Shown here one piece after another: positions 30,939 through 39,854 of a stretch of 64,000 bases of DNA (position 1 is its first letter; each line of letters begins with the position of its first letter). The notes under the pieces are model-generated. The model was not told the origin of the DNA, did no database searches, and worked only from the letters and a program-made list of their open reading frames with translations. The position numbers and the translations under genes were made by a program. The stretch is from assembly GCA_963733295.1 (NCBI GenBank), contig CAVTCS010000003.1, forward strand, positions 1,024,001 through 1,088,000, in the 5' to 3' direction. The stretch is from Vulcanimicrobiota bacterium. Its GTDB lineage: Bacteria > Vulcanimicrobiota > Vulcanimicrobiia > Vulcanimicrobiales > Vulcanimicrobiaceae.

Positions 30939-30967
30939 AAAGAGCCTGCCCTACGGCAGGCTCTTTT
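30939..30967 (+). terminator. Rho-independent terminator after ftsZ
   Basis: AAAGAGCCTGCC-CTAC-GGCAGGCTCTTTT. Confidence 0.85.
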
Positions 30968-31033
30968 CGCTTGGCTACTCCCTAGGAAGGCTCTCACAAC
31001 CCCAGCCATGCCATCCGATAGAATACTATCCAT

Positions 31034-31393
31034 ATGAAGTATGCGAAGTTTGCGGGCATCGACGACGCCCAGCAGGCGGTCTTTTTTGCGCTTCCCTTCG
31101 CATGTCTTTTCACAACCCTCGCACTCGTAGGCGCGGCTTTCGTCTTTTGCGCCGAGCGGCTTGGAAGTGCGTCGATCGATATGGTCCTGATGGTCGGCGG
31201 CGCGCGGGCCTCGCTGGCGGTCTTAGCCGTCGTCGTCTTCGCGGTTGCCTGCGGCCTGCTATTGATGGCAAACCGCTCGGCCGTGATTCGCGTTGCGCTG
31301 ATTTTGCTCGCGTTCTTACCGACGGCGCCGCTGCTCGGTGCGCTGTTCATCATGCGGACCAGCGGCTACGCCTACCACTTCTGCGGAATCTAG
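31034..31393 (+). CDS. Hypothetical membrane protein (about 3 TM)
   Basis: 119-aa hydrophobic ORF filling the gap; AT-richer upstream region. Confidence 0.6.
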   Translation: MKYAKFAGIDDAQQAVFFALPFACLFTTLALVGAAFVFCAERLGSASIDMVLMVGGARASLAVLAVVVFAVACGLLLMANRSAVIRVALILLAFLPTAPLLGALFIMRTSGYAYHFCGI

Positions 31394-31465
31394 AACTCTA
31401 ACCAGCAGCCCCAAGCCGCGCTCGGCGCGGGAATGGGCCGTCCGGAGATGCGCGAAAAGAGCCGC

Positions 31466-32653
31466 ATGACGACTTCAACGCGAGTCCTCGGCGAGGTCTC
31501 CGCTCGCGCGATCGAGATCCGGCGCGACATCCATCGTTTCCCCGAGCTTGGCTTCGAAGAGGAACGCACGGCGCAGATCGTCGAGCGCGAGTTGAGCGAG
31601 CTCGGCATCGAGCACCGCCGGATCGCCCAGACCGGCGTCGTCGGCGTGATCCGCGCGCCTTCGGAAGGTCCCGTCGCCGGGTTGCGGGCCGATATGGATG
31701 CGTTGCCTCTGACCGAGCGTTCCGGCGAACCGTTCGCATCGGAAGTCGAGGGCAAGATGCACGCGTGCGGACACGACGCGCACACCGCCATGCTGCTCGG
31801 CGCGGCGCGCGTCCTGCAAGCGGAACGAGCCACGCTGGGCGGAAGCGTCACGCTGCTGTTCCAGCCCGCGGAAGAAGGCCCCGGCGGTGCTCTGCCGATG
31901 ATCGAAGCCGGTGCGATGGACGATCCGAAGATCGATGCGGTTGCAATGTTACACGTCGACTCGCGTCTCGACACCGGAACGATCGGCGTAATGGGTGGTG
32001 TCGCGAACGCCGCCGCCGATGAGTTCCACATTTCGATCGAAGGTCAGGGCGGTCACGGCGCGTCGCCGCACACCGCTGTCGACGCCATCCCGTGCGCCGC
32101 GGCGATGGTGTTGGCGCTTCAGAACATCGCCGCGCGTGAAACCGATCCGATGAAAACCGTCGTCGTGACGATCGGAACGATCCAGGGCGGTTACCGCAAC
32201 AACATCATTGCCGATCGCGTCGCCTTAACGGGAACGTTTCGCTCGCAAGACCCGGCCGTGCGCGACGGTCTCGAACGAAAGGCCCGGCGCATCATCGAAG
32301 GTGTCGCCTCGGCGTATGGCACGCGTGCAACGCTCAAAGTTATCTACGGCTATCCACCGGTCGTAAACGATGCGGGGTTAGCTGCTTCGTTTCGCAGTTA
32401 CCTCGAGAGCGAGACGGACTTCGCAGTCGCGGAGCCGGTGGCGACGATGGGCGGTGAGGACTTCGCGTACTTCGCGCAGCGCGCTCCGGGTTTGATGTTG
32501 CGCTTGGGAATTCGCAACGAAGCGGCCGGCTCGATCCATCCAGGCCACAGTGCACTGTTTCGAGTCGACGAGCGGGCCCTCGCATACGGAATCGAGACGC
32601 TCGTGGCCTTTGCTCGCGGGGTCGGCAGTGGACGAGTGGCCGGCTCGCCCTAG
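31466..32653 (+). CDS. M20D family amidohydrolase
   Basis: HRFPELGFEE, RADMDALP, MHACGHD, FQPAEEG, GGEDF. Confidence 0.94.
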   Translation: MTTSTRVLGEVSARAIEIRRDIHRFPELGFEEERTAQIVERELSELGIEHRRIAQTGVVGVIRAPSEGPVAGLRADMDALPLTERSGEPFASEVEGKMHACGHDAHTAMLLGAARVLQAERATLGGSVTLLFQPAEEGPGGALPMIEAGAMDDPKIDAVAMLHVDSRLDTGTIGVMGGVANAAADEFHISIEGQGGHGASPHTAVDAIPCAAAMVLALQNIAARETDPMKTVVVTIGTIQGGYRNNIIADRVALTGTFRSQDPAVRDGLERKARRIIEGVASAYGTRATLKVIYGYPPVVNDAGLAASFRSYLESETDFAVAEPVATMGGEDFAYFAQRAPGLMLRLGIRNEAAGSIHPGHSALFRVDERALAYGIETLVAFARGVGSGRVAGSP

Positions 32654-32738
32654 CTGTAGTGGCTTCGAGCGAGACGACCCCCAAGATGTAGTGGCTCTGC
32701 GCAGGGCGCAAGCCGACCGGCGCGGAACGCTCGGGGGA

Positions 32739-33245
32739 ATGGCGGTCACCCAGTTCTCGCCCGAGCGCCAAGCGCACGAGGCGGTTCACCGCAGCCTCGA
32801 TCTGGCGACTTCGCCCGAGGCGGCCTTCGCGCTCGTCTGCGAAGTCGAGAAGTGGCCGGTTTGGCTTTCGTTCCTGCGAAGCGCCCGGGTGGTTGATAGT
32901 GCCGGCCCACTGTGCCTCGGCAGCGAGGTCGCACTGCGCAGCGCGATCCCCGGCGAGGATGAGGAACTCTACGAAGTCGATCGCTTCCTCGAAGGGCACA
33001 TGGTCTCGCTCGTGGGCGCATACTCGGTCAGGCGGCGCATCGACGTCCGGATCGAGCGCAAAACGGACCGCTCGAAGATCGTCGTGCGGGTCGACTACCC
33101 GGCCTACGGTGGGATGCTGGGGGCATTGATCGATCGTCTGACCGCGCGCCGCAAGCTCGACCAGGCGCTGGGCGATTCGCTGCTCCACTTCAAGGGGCTC
33201 GTCGAGTTCCGCGACGCAACCGAAGACCGGCTTATCGACTTCTAG
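32739..33245 (+). CDS. SRPBCC (polyketide cyclase-like) protein
   Basis: SPEAAFALVCEVEKWPVW...LLHFKGLVE; GGGGG RBS. Confidence 0.8.
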   Translation: MAVTQFSPERQAHEAVHRSLDLATSPEAAFALVCEVEKWPVWLSFLRSARVVDSAGPLCLGSEVALRSAIPGEDEELYEVDRFLEGHMVSLVGAYSVRRRIDVRIERKTDRSKIVVRVDYPAYGGMLGALIDRLTARRKLDQALGDSLLHFKGLVEFRDATEDRLIDF

Positions 33246-33248
33246 ATT

Positions 33249-33275
33249 TTAGCAGTCGTTGACGCGAAGTGCTAA
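33249..33275 (+). promoter_or_regulatory. CIRCE element (HrcA operator) overlapping sigma70-type promoter
   Basis: TTAGCAGTC-N9-AAGTGCTAA vs consensus TTAGCACTC-N9-GAGTGCTAA; TTGACG at 33259 then N17 CATAGT. Confidence 0.85.
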
Positions 33276-33327
33276 ATCTGGCATAGTCGACGGAGCTTCC
33301 AGTCCATCGCTCTTCGGGAGAGTAAGG

Positions 33328-33687
33328 TTGCCGATCTACGAGTACGAGTGCCAAAAGTGCGGAGTGGTCACCGATATCCGCCACGGGTTTAAGGAAACGA
33401 CGAACGAGGCGTGCCCAACCTGCGGCGGCGCTCTGGCGCGGCGCTTCAACCCGGCTGGAATCGTGTTCAAGGGTTCGGGTTTCTACGTCACCGACTCGAG
33501 AAAAGCAAACGGAACGGCCTCCGAGAGTACTCCCGCTTCGGCCGAATCGAAGAGCGACTCCGCGCCGGCCGAGTCCAAGAGCGAGTCCAAGAGCGAGTCC
33601 AAGAGCGAGTCGAAGAGCGAGCCTAAAAGCGAGCCCAAGAGTGACGGCGGAACGAAGCCTGCGAAGAAGAGCGAAACCGCCGCGTAA
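33328..33687 (+). CDS. FmdB-family zinc-ribbon protein with low-complexity tail (Ruc-like chaperone candidate)
   Basis: PIYEYECQKC...CPTCG...FKGSGFYVTD; TTG start. Confidence 0.9.
   Translation: MPIYEYECQKCGVVTDIRHGFKETTNEACPTCGGALARRFNPAGIVFKGSGFYVTDSRKANGTASESTPASAESKSDSAPAESKSESKSESKSESKSEPKSEPKSDGGTKPAKKSETAA
33571..33642 (+). repeat. Six tandem 12-bp units (GAGTCCAAGAGC and variants) encoding ESKS/EPKS
   Basis: Three exact plus three degenerate copies. Confidence 0.9.
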
Positions 33688-33693
33688 GGCAAC

Positions 33694-34026
33694 GTGGCTT
33701 CGCTGATTTTCCTGGGCGTCGCCGTGGTGGCGGCGCTGGCCCTGATCGGGACCGGGTTGTACCGGCTCGTCGTGGCGTTTTTTGCGCTGGAGAAGCGCAC
33801 GCATCTCTTCGACGAGCGACCGATCTACGCGCAATTCGCGGCGACGGGAGCGCGTATCGACACGGTGAGCCGTGAAATCGAAAGCCTGCCGCAGCTTTGG
33901 ACGCGGGCGCGCCTCGCCATCGTCGCGATCGAGCAGAGCCGCTCGCGTCTGCGCAGCGCGGCGCGCGGCGTTACTTTCGCGGCGCGCATGGCGCGCGCCG
34001 TTTGGAACGGTCCGAAACGCCCATAG
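33694..34026 (+). CDS. Hypothetical membrane-anchored helical protein
   Basis: N-terminal TM, amphipathic tail, 6 bp after FmdB gene. Confidence 0.65.
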   Translation: MASLIFLGVAVVAALALIGTGLYRLVVAFFALEKRTHLFDERPIYAQFAATGARIDTVSREIESLPQLWTRARLAIVAIEQSRSRLRSAARGVTFAARMARAVWNGPKRP

Positions 34027-34184
34027 TGGCCTGTAACGCAAGGATCTATGGCGTTCTCGCTCGTCTTTTCGGCTGGCTCTTCGTCGCTGCGTCGGTCACA
34101 ATGCGCTGCATTGCTCCCTCCTCGCTCCTCGATCCAACCAAAAATCCTTCGCGATCTCACCAAAGAACCTCGCGTTACAGGCCA

Positions 34185-35474
34185 CTAGTGGGCCAGGGTT
34201 TGAACCGCGCGCCAGCGCCCGACGAAATCGGGAAAGCTGACCGCGATGCATTCCCGGTCGTCGATTTGATGTGGCCCGGAGGGGGCCGCAAGGGCCGCAA
34301 TCGCCATCGCGATGCGATGGTCACCGAACGTCCGCAGAACCCGATCGGGGCGGCGCGCCGTTCCGCCGGCTATGTCGAGACCGTCCGGATGCTCCGCGAT
34401 CGTGACGCCGCAAGCGCGCAGGGTTTGTGCGATCGTGGTAAGGCGATCGGATTCTTTGCCGCGTAAATCGGCCGCGTCTCGAATCTCGGTGGTGCCCGTT
34501 GCGTGGGCGGCGGCAACGGCGAGAATGGTGACTTCGTCGATAGCCCTGCCGACGAGCTCACCGTCGAGTCGCGTTGCCGCGAGCGGGCGGTAGCGCACGC
34601 GCAGATCGGCGACGGGCTCGCCGTCGAGGTCGCGCGCGTTCGAAAGGGTCAGGTCGGCGCCCATCGCGCAGAGAGCGTCGATGAATCCGGTTCGGGTCGG
34701 GTTGACGCCGACCTCGCGCACCGTCAGATCGCTGCCGGGCGTTATCGCCGCGGCGGTTACGAAGAAGGCTGCTCCGGAGAGATCGGCCGGGACGCGCACG
34801 CGACGCGCAGTTAAGGTGCCGGGTTCGAGTTCGATCGTGCGCCCGTCGAAATCGATCGTCCGGCCGAAGTGACGCAACATGCGCTCGGTGTGGTCGCGCG
34901 AGAAACGGTCTCCCGTCACGCGCACGCGCCCGTGCGCGTTGAGGTTGGCCAAGAGGATCGCAGACTTCACTTGCGCCGACGCGATCTCGAGCGCGAAGTC
35001 GCCGCCCGCCGGGGTGGCGAATCCGTGAACCGACGCGGGTAGCCGGCCTCCATGCGTCTCGACTTTGGCACCCATCGCTCGCAAAGGGCGCGCGACGCGC
35101 TCCATCGGACGACGCCGCAGCGACTCGTCACCGTCGAAACGTGCGCTCAGGCCGTTCCCCGCGCAGAGCCCCATCAACAATCGCGCGGTCGTTCCCGAAT
35201 TGCGTGCGTCGATCGTATGCTCGGGATTACGCAGTGCTCCGCCTTGGACCACAAATGCGTCGCCGTCGTCGCGGACGCTCGCACCGAGTTGGACGATCGC
35301 ATCCCGCGTCGCGAGAACGTCGGCGCCGCGATTGGGCGCTTCGATCGTCGACGTCCCGTCCGCCAACAACGCCAGCATCAGAGCACGGTGCGAAATCGAC
35401 TTGTCGCCGACCACTCGCAACTCGCCGCGCACCGGCCCGGCATCGAAGATCTCCGGAGTATACTGCAACGTCAC
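34185..35474 (-). CDS. aroA: 3-phosphoshikimate 1-carboxyvinyltransferase
   Basis: GDKSISHRA, NSGTTARL, SAQVKSA, KESDR, GDHRIAM. Confidence 0.96.
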   Translation of the reverse strand: MTLQYTPEIFDAGPVRGELRVVGDKSISHRALMLALLADGTSTIEAPNRGADVLATRDAIVQLGASVRDDGDAFVVQGGALRNPEHTIDARNSGTTARLLMGLCAGNGLSARFDGDESLRRRPMERVARPLRAMGAKVETHGGRLPASVHGFATPAGGDFALEIASAQVKSAILLANLNAHGRVRVTGDRFSRDHTERMLRHFGRTIDFDGRTIELEPGTLTARRVRVPADLSGAAFFVTAAAITPGSDLTVREVGVNPTRTGFIDALCAMGADLTLSNARDLDGEPVADLRVRYRPLAATRLDGELVGRAIDEVTILAVAAAHATGTTEIRDAADLRGKESDRLTTIAQTLRACGVTIAEHPDGLDIAGGTARRPDRVLRTFGDHRIAMAIAALAAPSGPHQIDDRECIAVSFPDFVGRWRAVQTLAH

Positions 35475-35491
35475 TCCGGCGAAAGCGTCTC

Positions 35492-35574
35492 TAGGGAAGG
35501 TGGGATTCGAACCCACAAGAGCGTAAGCTCAATCGCTTTTGAGGCGATCGCGTAGACCGTTCCGCCACTTCCCC
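35492..35574 (-). tRNA. tRNA-Leu(CAA), CCA not encoded
   Basis: GGGGAAG/CTTCCCT acceptor, ATCGC-CTCAAAA-GCGAT anticodon arm, long variable arm, GGTTCGAATCC. Confidence 0.93.
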
Positions 35575-38500
35575 TCATCGGGCGCTGTTCGCGGGCGTGG
35601 GCGCCTGCCCTTGCGCGAGGGGGCGTGCGCCGATGGGCGAGGCCGCGGCAGTCTCGGCGGCCTTGCCCAACATGGCACGCGCCGCGTCGAGCGAGGGGGC
35701 GATGAAGAAGCCGTATTCGACGTGGCTGGTCACGTTGGGCGCAAGTGTCAGGCGTGCGACGACCGAGTGCTCCTGCTCGAGAACCTCGGCCTGCGCGATC
35801 GTCTTCGGTCGCCAAGCGATCGTCGCGAGTTGGTGCGCCGCGTCGTCGTAGTAGCCAAAGGCCGTTCCCGCGATACGCCGCTCGGCGTGTGCTACAAACG
35901 GTTCCGGATTCGGCGTAAGCAACAGCGTCGTGTGCATGTCGAGGGCACTACCGAGCGCGAGCGAGCAGACGCTCACGGCCGCGACGGGCGTTGCCGTGCG
36001 CTCGTTGTCCGAGAAGACGACGTTTTCATCGACAGAGAACGTCCGGGCGCCGGGAGCGAGCGAGACGCTGCGCGTGAACGTGGCCCTCTGCAGGCCCTTC
36101 ACCGAGCCGGGTCGCGTGACGTCCGGCGCCGTGTAGGAGAACACGACGGTGGCGCGCGTGGCATCCTGAAATTCGCTGACCACGCCGTAATGCCGGTTGA
36201 ACATACCTGCCGGGAAATCGTGCGTATACTTGGCGATCCGGTCCGTGCTCGAGAGCGGCGGTTCCGGAAAGACGTCGTCACGCAGCGCACCGACGGACGT
36301 GAAAACATTGGCGCGCGTTGCAAGGTCCTCGAAGATAAAAGCTCGCGCTCCGGCTTCGGACTCGAGGACGATTCGCACGAGCGCGTTCTCGAGGACGACC
36401 GTGTCGTCGCCGTCGCGGTAAACATCGCGGTGCTCGACGGTGGCGAGGTCGGCAGCAAGTGGCGCGCGGTAGGGTCCGTAGGGCGCAGGCGGAAGGATCG
36501 CATCTACCCGGACGGGCAGCGCGTCAAGCGCTCGCGCTTGCGGCATCGGTAGGCTCGGCCCGGGCCGCGCGAGCAAGACCGAAGAGCCGCTGTCGTACTC
36601 CAGGCGGCAGGTGCCGGACGGCGAGTCGCTCGTTCCCGCAGGCTGGGCCTCGAGCCACGCCTGGAGCGGACAGTCGGTGTAGAGGAGCCGCCGTCCGTCC
36701 GAGGAGCGCAAGCCGATTGGTGAGATGACCACGTCGCGCGCCGGAATCAAGAGGTTCCGCAATACGACGCGCCGCTTTCGATCGATGCGCACGACGACGT
36801 TACGCAGTGCGAGAGGCAAGTGGTTGTAATTCGGCATGAAAAGGTAGCCGTCGAGTTGGCCGTCATGTGAACGCGCGAACGTCGCGCCCGGTGCGTTGAG
36901 CACGACGGGGTCGATGCCTGATGCGAGCAGAGCGGCATGGAGGTCGCTTCGATCGCGCCCGGCTCCGATGACGGCAGTGTGTCCGCCAATCGAATGAAAC
37001 CGCTTTAGTTTTTCTGCAACCGATGAAACGAACGACGGGAGCCGACCATTGGGGTTTTGCCAAGCGGGGATCACGATGACACGGTACGCTGCCAGTTCCG
37101 CATCGCTGCTGTAGCGCAAGTCGACGAGCCGGCAAGTCAGCGACAAAGCGCGACAGGCCTGCTGCACCTCGAGCGTGCGATTAGTGATGAGCCCGACGTC
37201 TGCATCCGAGGGCGGCGTATCGCCGTATGCGTCCACCGTGTAGGCAATTGCGAGATCCGCCACCGGCTCCGATGCAGCGAGGCTGCGGCCGAAACGCGCG
37301 ATGAAGTGACCGAAGGCCGCCGTCGGCACCGCACGCGGCGCCGGCGTACCGTCGAGCTGGAGCGCGGCATCCCAGGCATAGAAGCTGTTGGCGAACGGCG
37401 CTTCCATCCCGGCCGGGTAGAGTGTGTCTTGCGCCGGGAAGTTGACGAGGCCGCGAACGCCCATTCCGAGGAGCGTGCTCATCGCGAGCAGCGTATTCGA
37501 CGGATCGGCCGGACGCGGGCGGATGTCGCCCGGCTGTAGGAGCCAACCGGCTTGGAACTCGCTGAGCATGAGCGGCTGATGGGGTCGCGTCTGCAAGAGC
37601 CCCGTTGAGAACTCGAGTTGCGCGCGATCGTGTTCGCCAAGCTCGTAGGCATCGCTTTGATACCAGTTCCCCATCGCCCAGACAGGCGACGAAGCCGTGA
37701 CCTTCATTTGATACGTGTTGATGAAGACCGGCTCGAGAGGTCCGGTAACGCCGTGCACCACGCTTTCGAGCCATCGCAGGTAAGCGGTCAGATGCGGCGC
37801 CGGCCAGGTTTGGTTATCGAGATAGGCGCCTTGATCGTCGTCAAGGGCCACGGCAATGACGAGCCCGGAATCGGCGTCGAACTCGTGCAGCGCGCGCTCG
37901 AGCCAGCGCTTCGCATAGTAGAGGTGGGTAGCGTTGGTGAGCCACTCTTGGGCGGCGTCGTCGGAGTGGGCGTTCTGCAGCGTAGCGGTCGGCGGGTAGC
38001 GGCCCTCGAGCAGGTCGTGCAGCGGCATGCCGTATTCGGGACGTTGCAACAACCAAGCCGGATAGCCGCCGTTTCGCCACTCGTTGCGGATAACCGGACC
38101 GGGACGCAGCACGATGTGGAAGCCGAAAACCCGCGCCAAACGGAGCACCTCGCGCAGATCGCGGCGCGGGCTCGTGTGGCCGTCGAAATCGAACTGTCCG
38201 TCGGAAAGCTCGTGCCAGTTCCAAGGCACGTAGAGGTCAAGCGTGTTGATGCCCAGAGCGCGCAGCGAGCGCATCGAGGGTTCCCAGCGGTCGCGTGGCA
38301 GGCGCTCGTAAAAAAAGGCAGCCCCGTACACAAAAAAAGGCTTACCCGCAACGGTGAAGATTGGAACGCCGCGGCGCTCGACGATCGCGCTCGAACCCCA
38401 CGCCGCCGCGGCCGGTCGCACCAAAGCGAGCAGAACGACGAATGCGACGCCGAGCGTGCCGGCGGCTTTGAGGGCGAAGGGCCATTCGGAACGGAGACGT

Positions 38501-39816
38501 GCGCGCACGAAGTACAGCGCGACGCCCGCGCCGAGCGTCAGCAGGCCGTACGCAATCGGGCCGAGGCCTGCCGAGAAGAAGATGTACACCCAACCGGCGC
38601 CCGCAAGCAGGGCAGGGACCGGATACAGCCACATTCGGTACGGCGCGACGACACCGCGCGCGCGCAGCACGAAGAGGATCGCGACTTGCGCCAAGTTTTG
38701 GATGACGACGGTCGCTGCCGTCAGGGCCGCGATCACGTCGCCGAGTTTGAAGAAGCATGCGGGTAACGCGAGTAGTCCTAAGGTCAGCAGCGCGACGTGC
38801 GGAAAGCGACCGCGCCGCTCGAGCGCAGCGAACGGTCGCAGAAAGACGCCGTCGACCGCGGCCGCATAGGGAATGCGCGAACCGCCGAGCAGATTGCCGA
38901 ACGTCGAGGCAAACGCGGTAACCAGAATCGCGACGGTGCCGATGCGCGCGGCCCAGATACCCCAAGTCCGTTCGAGCACCGTCGACGCGACGAAGTTGGC
39001 GGCGGCCGGGGCCGCTCCGCCGGGCGTTGCCGGCACGAGTTCCTGCCAGCGCACGACGCCGAGCACGCCGAGCTGAAGCGCGATATAGAGCAGCGCTATC
39101 CCAATCACCGAGATGACGATCGAGCGCGGCAAAACGCGCGCCGGCGCGCGCACCTCATCGCCCAGCAGACACGATTGCGCGTAGCCGTAGTAGTCGTAGA
39201 GCGTAATGACGAGCGCCGGGCCGAGACCGGCCAGCAACGCGGGTCCGAGCGACGCGGAGTGGTCGAACGAGAGTGCTTGCGCTACGTTGAGGTGCGCCGA
39301 CGCGGCAGCGATGATTGCGCCGAGCGTCGCGATCGCGATGGCGGCGAACGCAAAACTGGTCGCGCCGACTGCGCCGATCGGGCGATAAAGCAGCGCCAGG
39401 GTAAGGATGCCGACCGCGGCGGCGACGATGCCTTGCGCGTGTGCGTCGCTCGCCAAAACGGGCCAAAGATATGCGGCATACTGAGCAAATCCGATGTATC
39501 CCGTCGCCAGGATCAAGGGAAGCGACAGAACCGTTTGCCAGGTGAAGAGGAACGCGAAGAGACGGCCGGATCGCTGGCGCCCGAAGGTCTCGAGCAAATA
39601 GACGTACGTCCCGCCCGAGCCGGGAAACTGCGAGGCGAGTTCGGCCCAAATCAACCCGTCGCAGAGCGCGATGAGGGCGCCCCCGATCCAGGCCGCGAGC
39701 GCGATGCTTCCGTGAAGGTTCGCGAGGACGAGCGGAATCGTGATCAGCGGCCCGATGCCGATCATCGTGATTACGTTGACCGCAATCGCGCCGCGCAGCC
39801 CGAGCCCGCGAATCAT
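35575..39816 (-). CDS. Fusion: APC-family amino acid permease + GH35 glycoside hydrolase + C-terminal beta-sandwich domains (1413 aa)
   Basis: APC: MIGIGPLITIP, ELASQFPGSGGTYVY, GDEVRAP; GH35: YVPWNWHE..DGQFDF, LRPGPVIRNEWRNGGYPAWL, SEFQAGW. Confidence 0.9.
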   Translation of the reverse strand: MIRGLGLRGAIAVNVITMIGIGPLITIPLVLANLHGSIALAAWIGGALIALCDGLIWAELASQFPGSGGTYVYLLETFGRQRSGRLFAFLFTWQTVLSLPLILATGYIGFAQYAAYLWPVLASDAHAQGIVAAAVGILTLALLYRPIGAVGATSFAFAAIAIATLGAIIAAASAHLNVAQALSFDHSASLGPALLAGLGPALVITLYDYYGYAQSCLLGDEVRAPARVLPRSIVISVIGIALLYIALQLGVLGVVRWQELVPATPGGAAPAAANFVASTVLERTWGIWAARIGTVAILVTAFASTFGNLLGGSRIPYAAAVDGVFLRPFAALERRGRFPHVALLTLGLLALPACFFKLGDVIAALTAATVVIQNLAQVAILFVLRARGVVAPYRMWLYPVPALLAGAGWVYIFFSAGLGPIAYGLLTLGAGVALYFVRARLRSEWPFALKAAGTLGVAFVVLLALVRPAAAAWGSSAIVERRGVPIFTVAGKPFFVYGAAFFYERLPRDRWEPSMRSLRALGINTLDLYVPWNWHELSDGQFDFDGHTSPRRDLREVLRLARVFGFHIVLRPGPVIRNEWRNGGYPAWLLQRPEYGMPLHDLLEGRYPPTATLQNAHSDDAAQEWLTNATHLYYAKRWLERALHEFDADSGLVIAVALDDDQGAYLDNQTWPAPHLTAYLRWLESVVHGVTGPLEPVFINTYQMKVTASSPVWAMGNWYQSDAYELGEHDRAQLEFSTGLLQTRPHQPLMLSEFQAGWLLQPGDIRPRPADPSNTLLAMSTLLGMGVRGLVNFPAQDTLYPAGMEAPFANSFYAWDAALQLDGTPAPRAVPTAAFGHFIARFGRSLAASEPVADLAIAYTVDAYGDTPPSDADVGLITNRTLEVQQACRALSLTCRLVDLRYSSDAELAAYRVIVIPAWQNPNGRLPSFVSSVAEKLKRFHSIGGHTAVIGAGRDRSDLHAALLASGIDPVVLNAPGATFARSHDGQLDGYLFMPNYNHLPLALRNVVVRIDRKRRVVLRNLLIPARDVVISPIGLRSSDGRRLLYTDCPLQAWLEAQPAGTSDSPSGTCRLEYDSGSSVLLARPGPSLPMPQARALDALPVRVDAILPPAPYGPYRAPLAADLATVEHRDVYRDGDDTVVLENALVRIVLESEAGARAFIFEDLATRANVFTSVGALRDDVFPEPPLSSTDRIAKYTHDFPAGMFNRHYGVVSEFQDATRATVVFSYTAPDVTRPGSVKGLQRATFTRSVSLAPGARTFSVDENVVFSDNERTATPVAAVSVCSLALGSALDMHTTLLLTPNPEPFVAHAERRIAGTAFGYYDDAAHQLATIAWRPKTIAQAEVLEQEHSVVARLTLAPNVTSHVEYGFFIAPSLDAARAMLGKAAETAAASPIGARPLAQGQAPTPANSAR

Positions 39817-39854
39817 TGCCAGGAGCGTTCGTCGCTTTGCGCGCAGTCCATCTC

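Noticed and set aside
33571..33642. Tandem repeat as possible CRISPR array
   Set aside because: 12-bp units with no spacers, in frame within a CDS; no cas genes in the window
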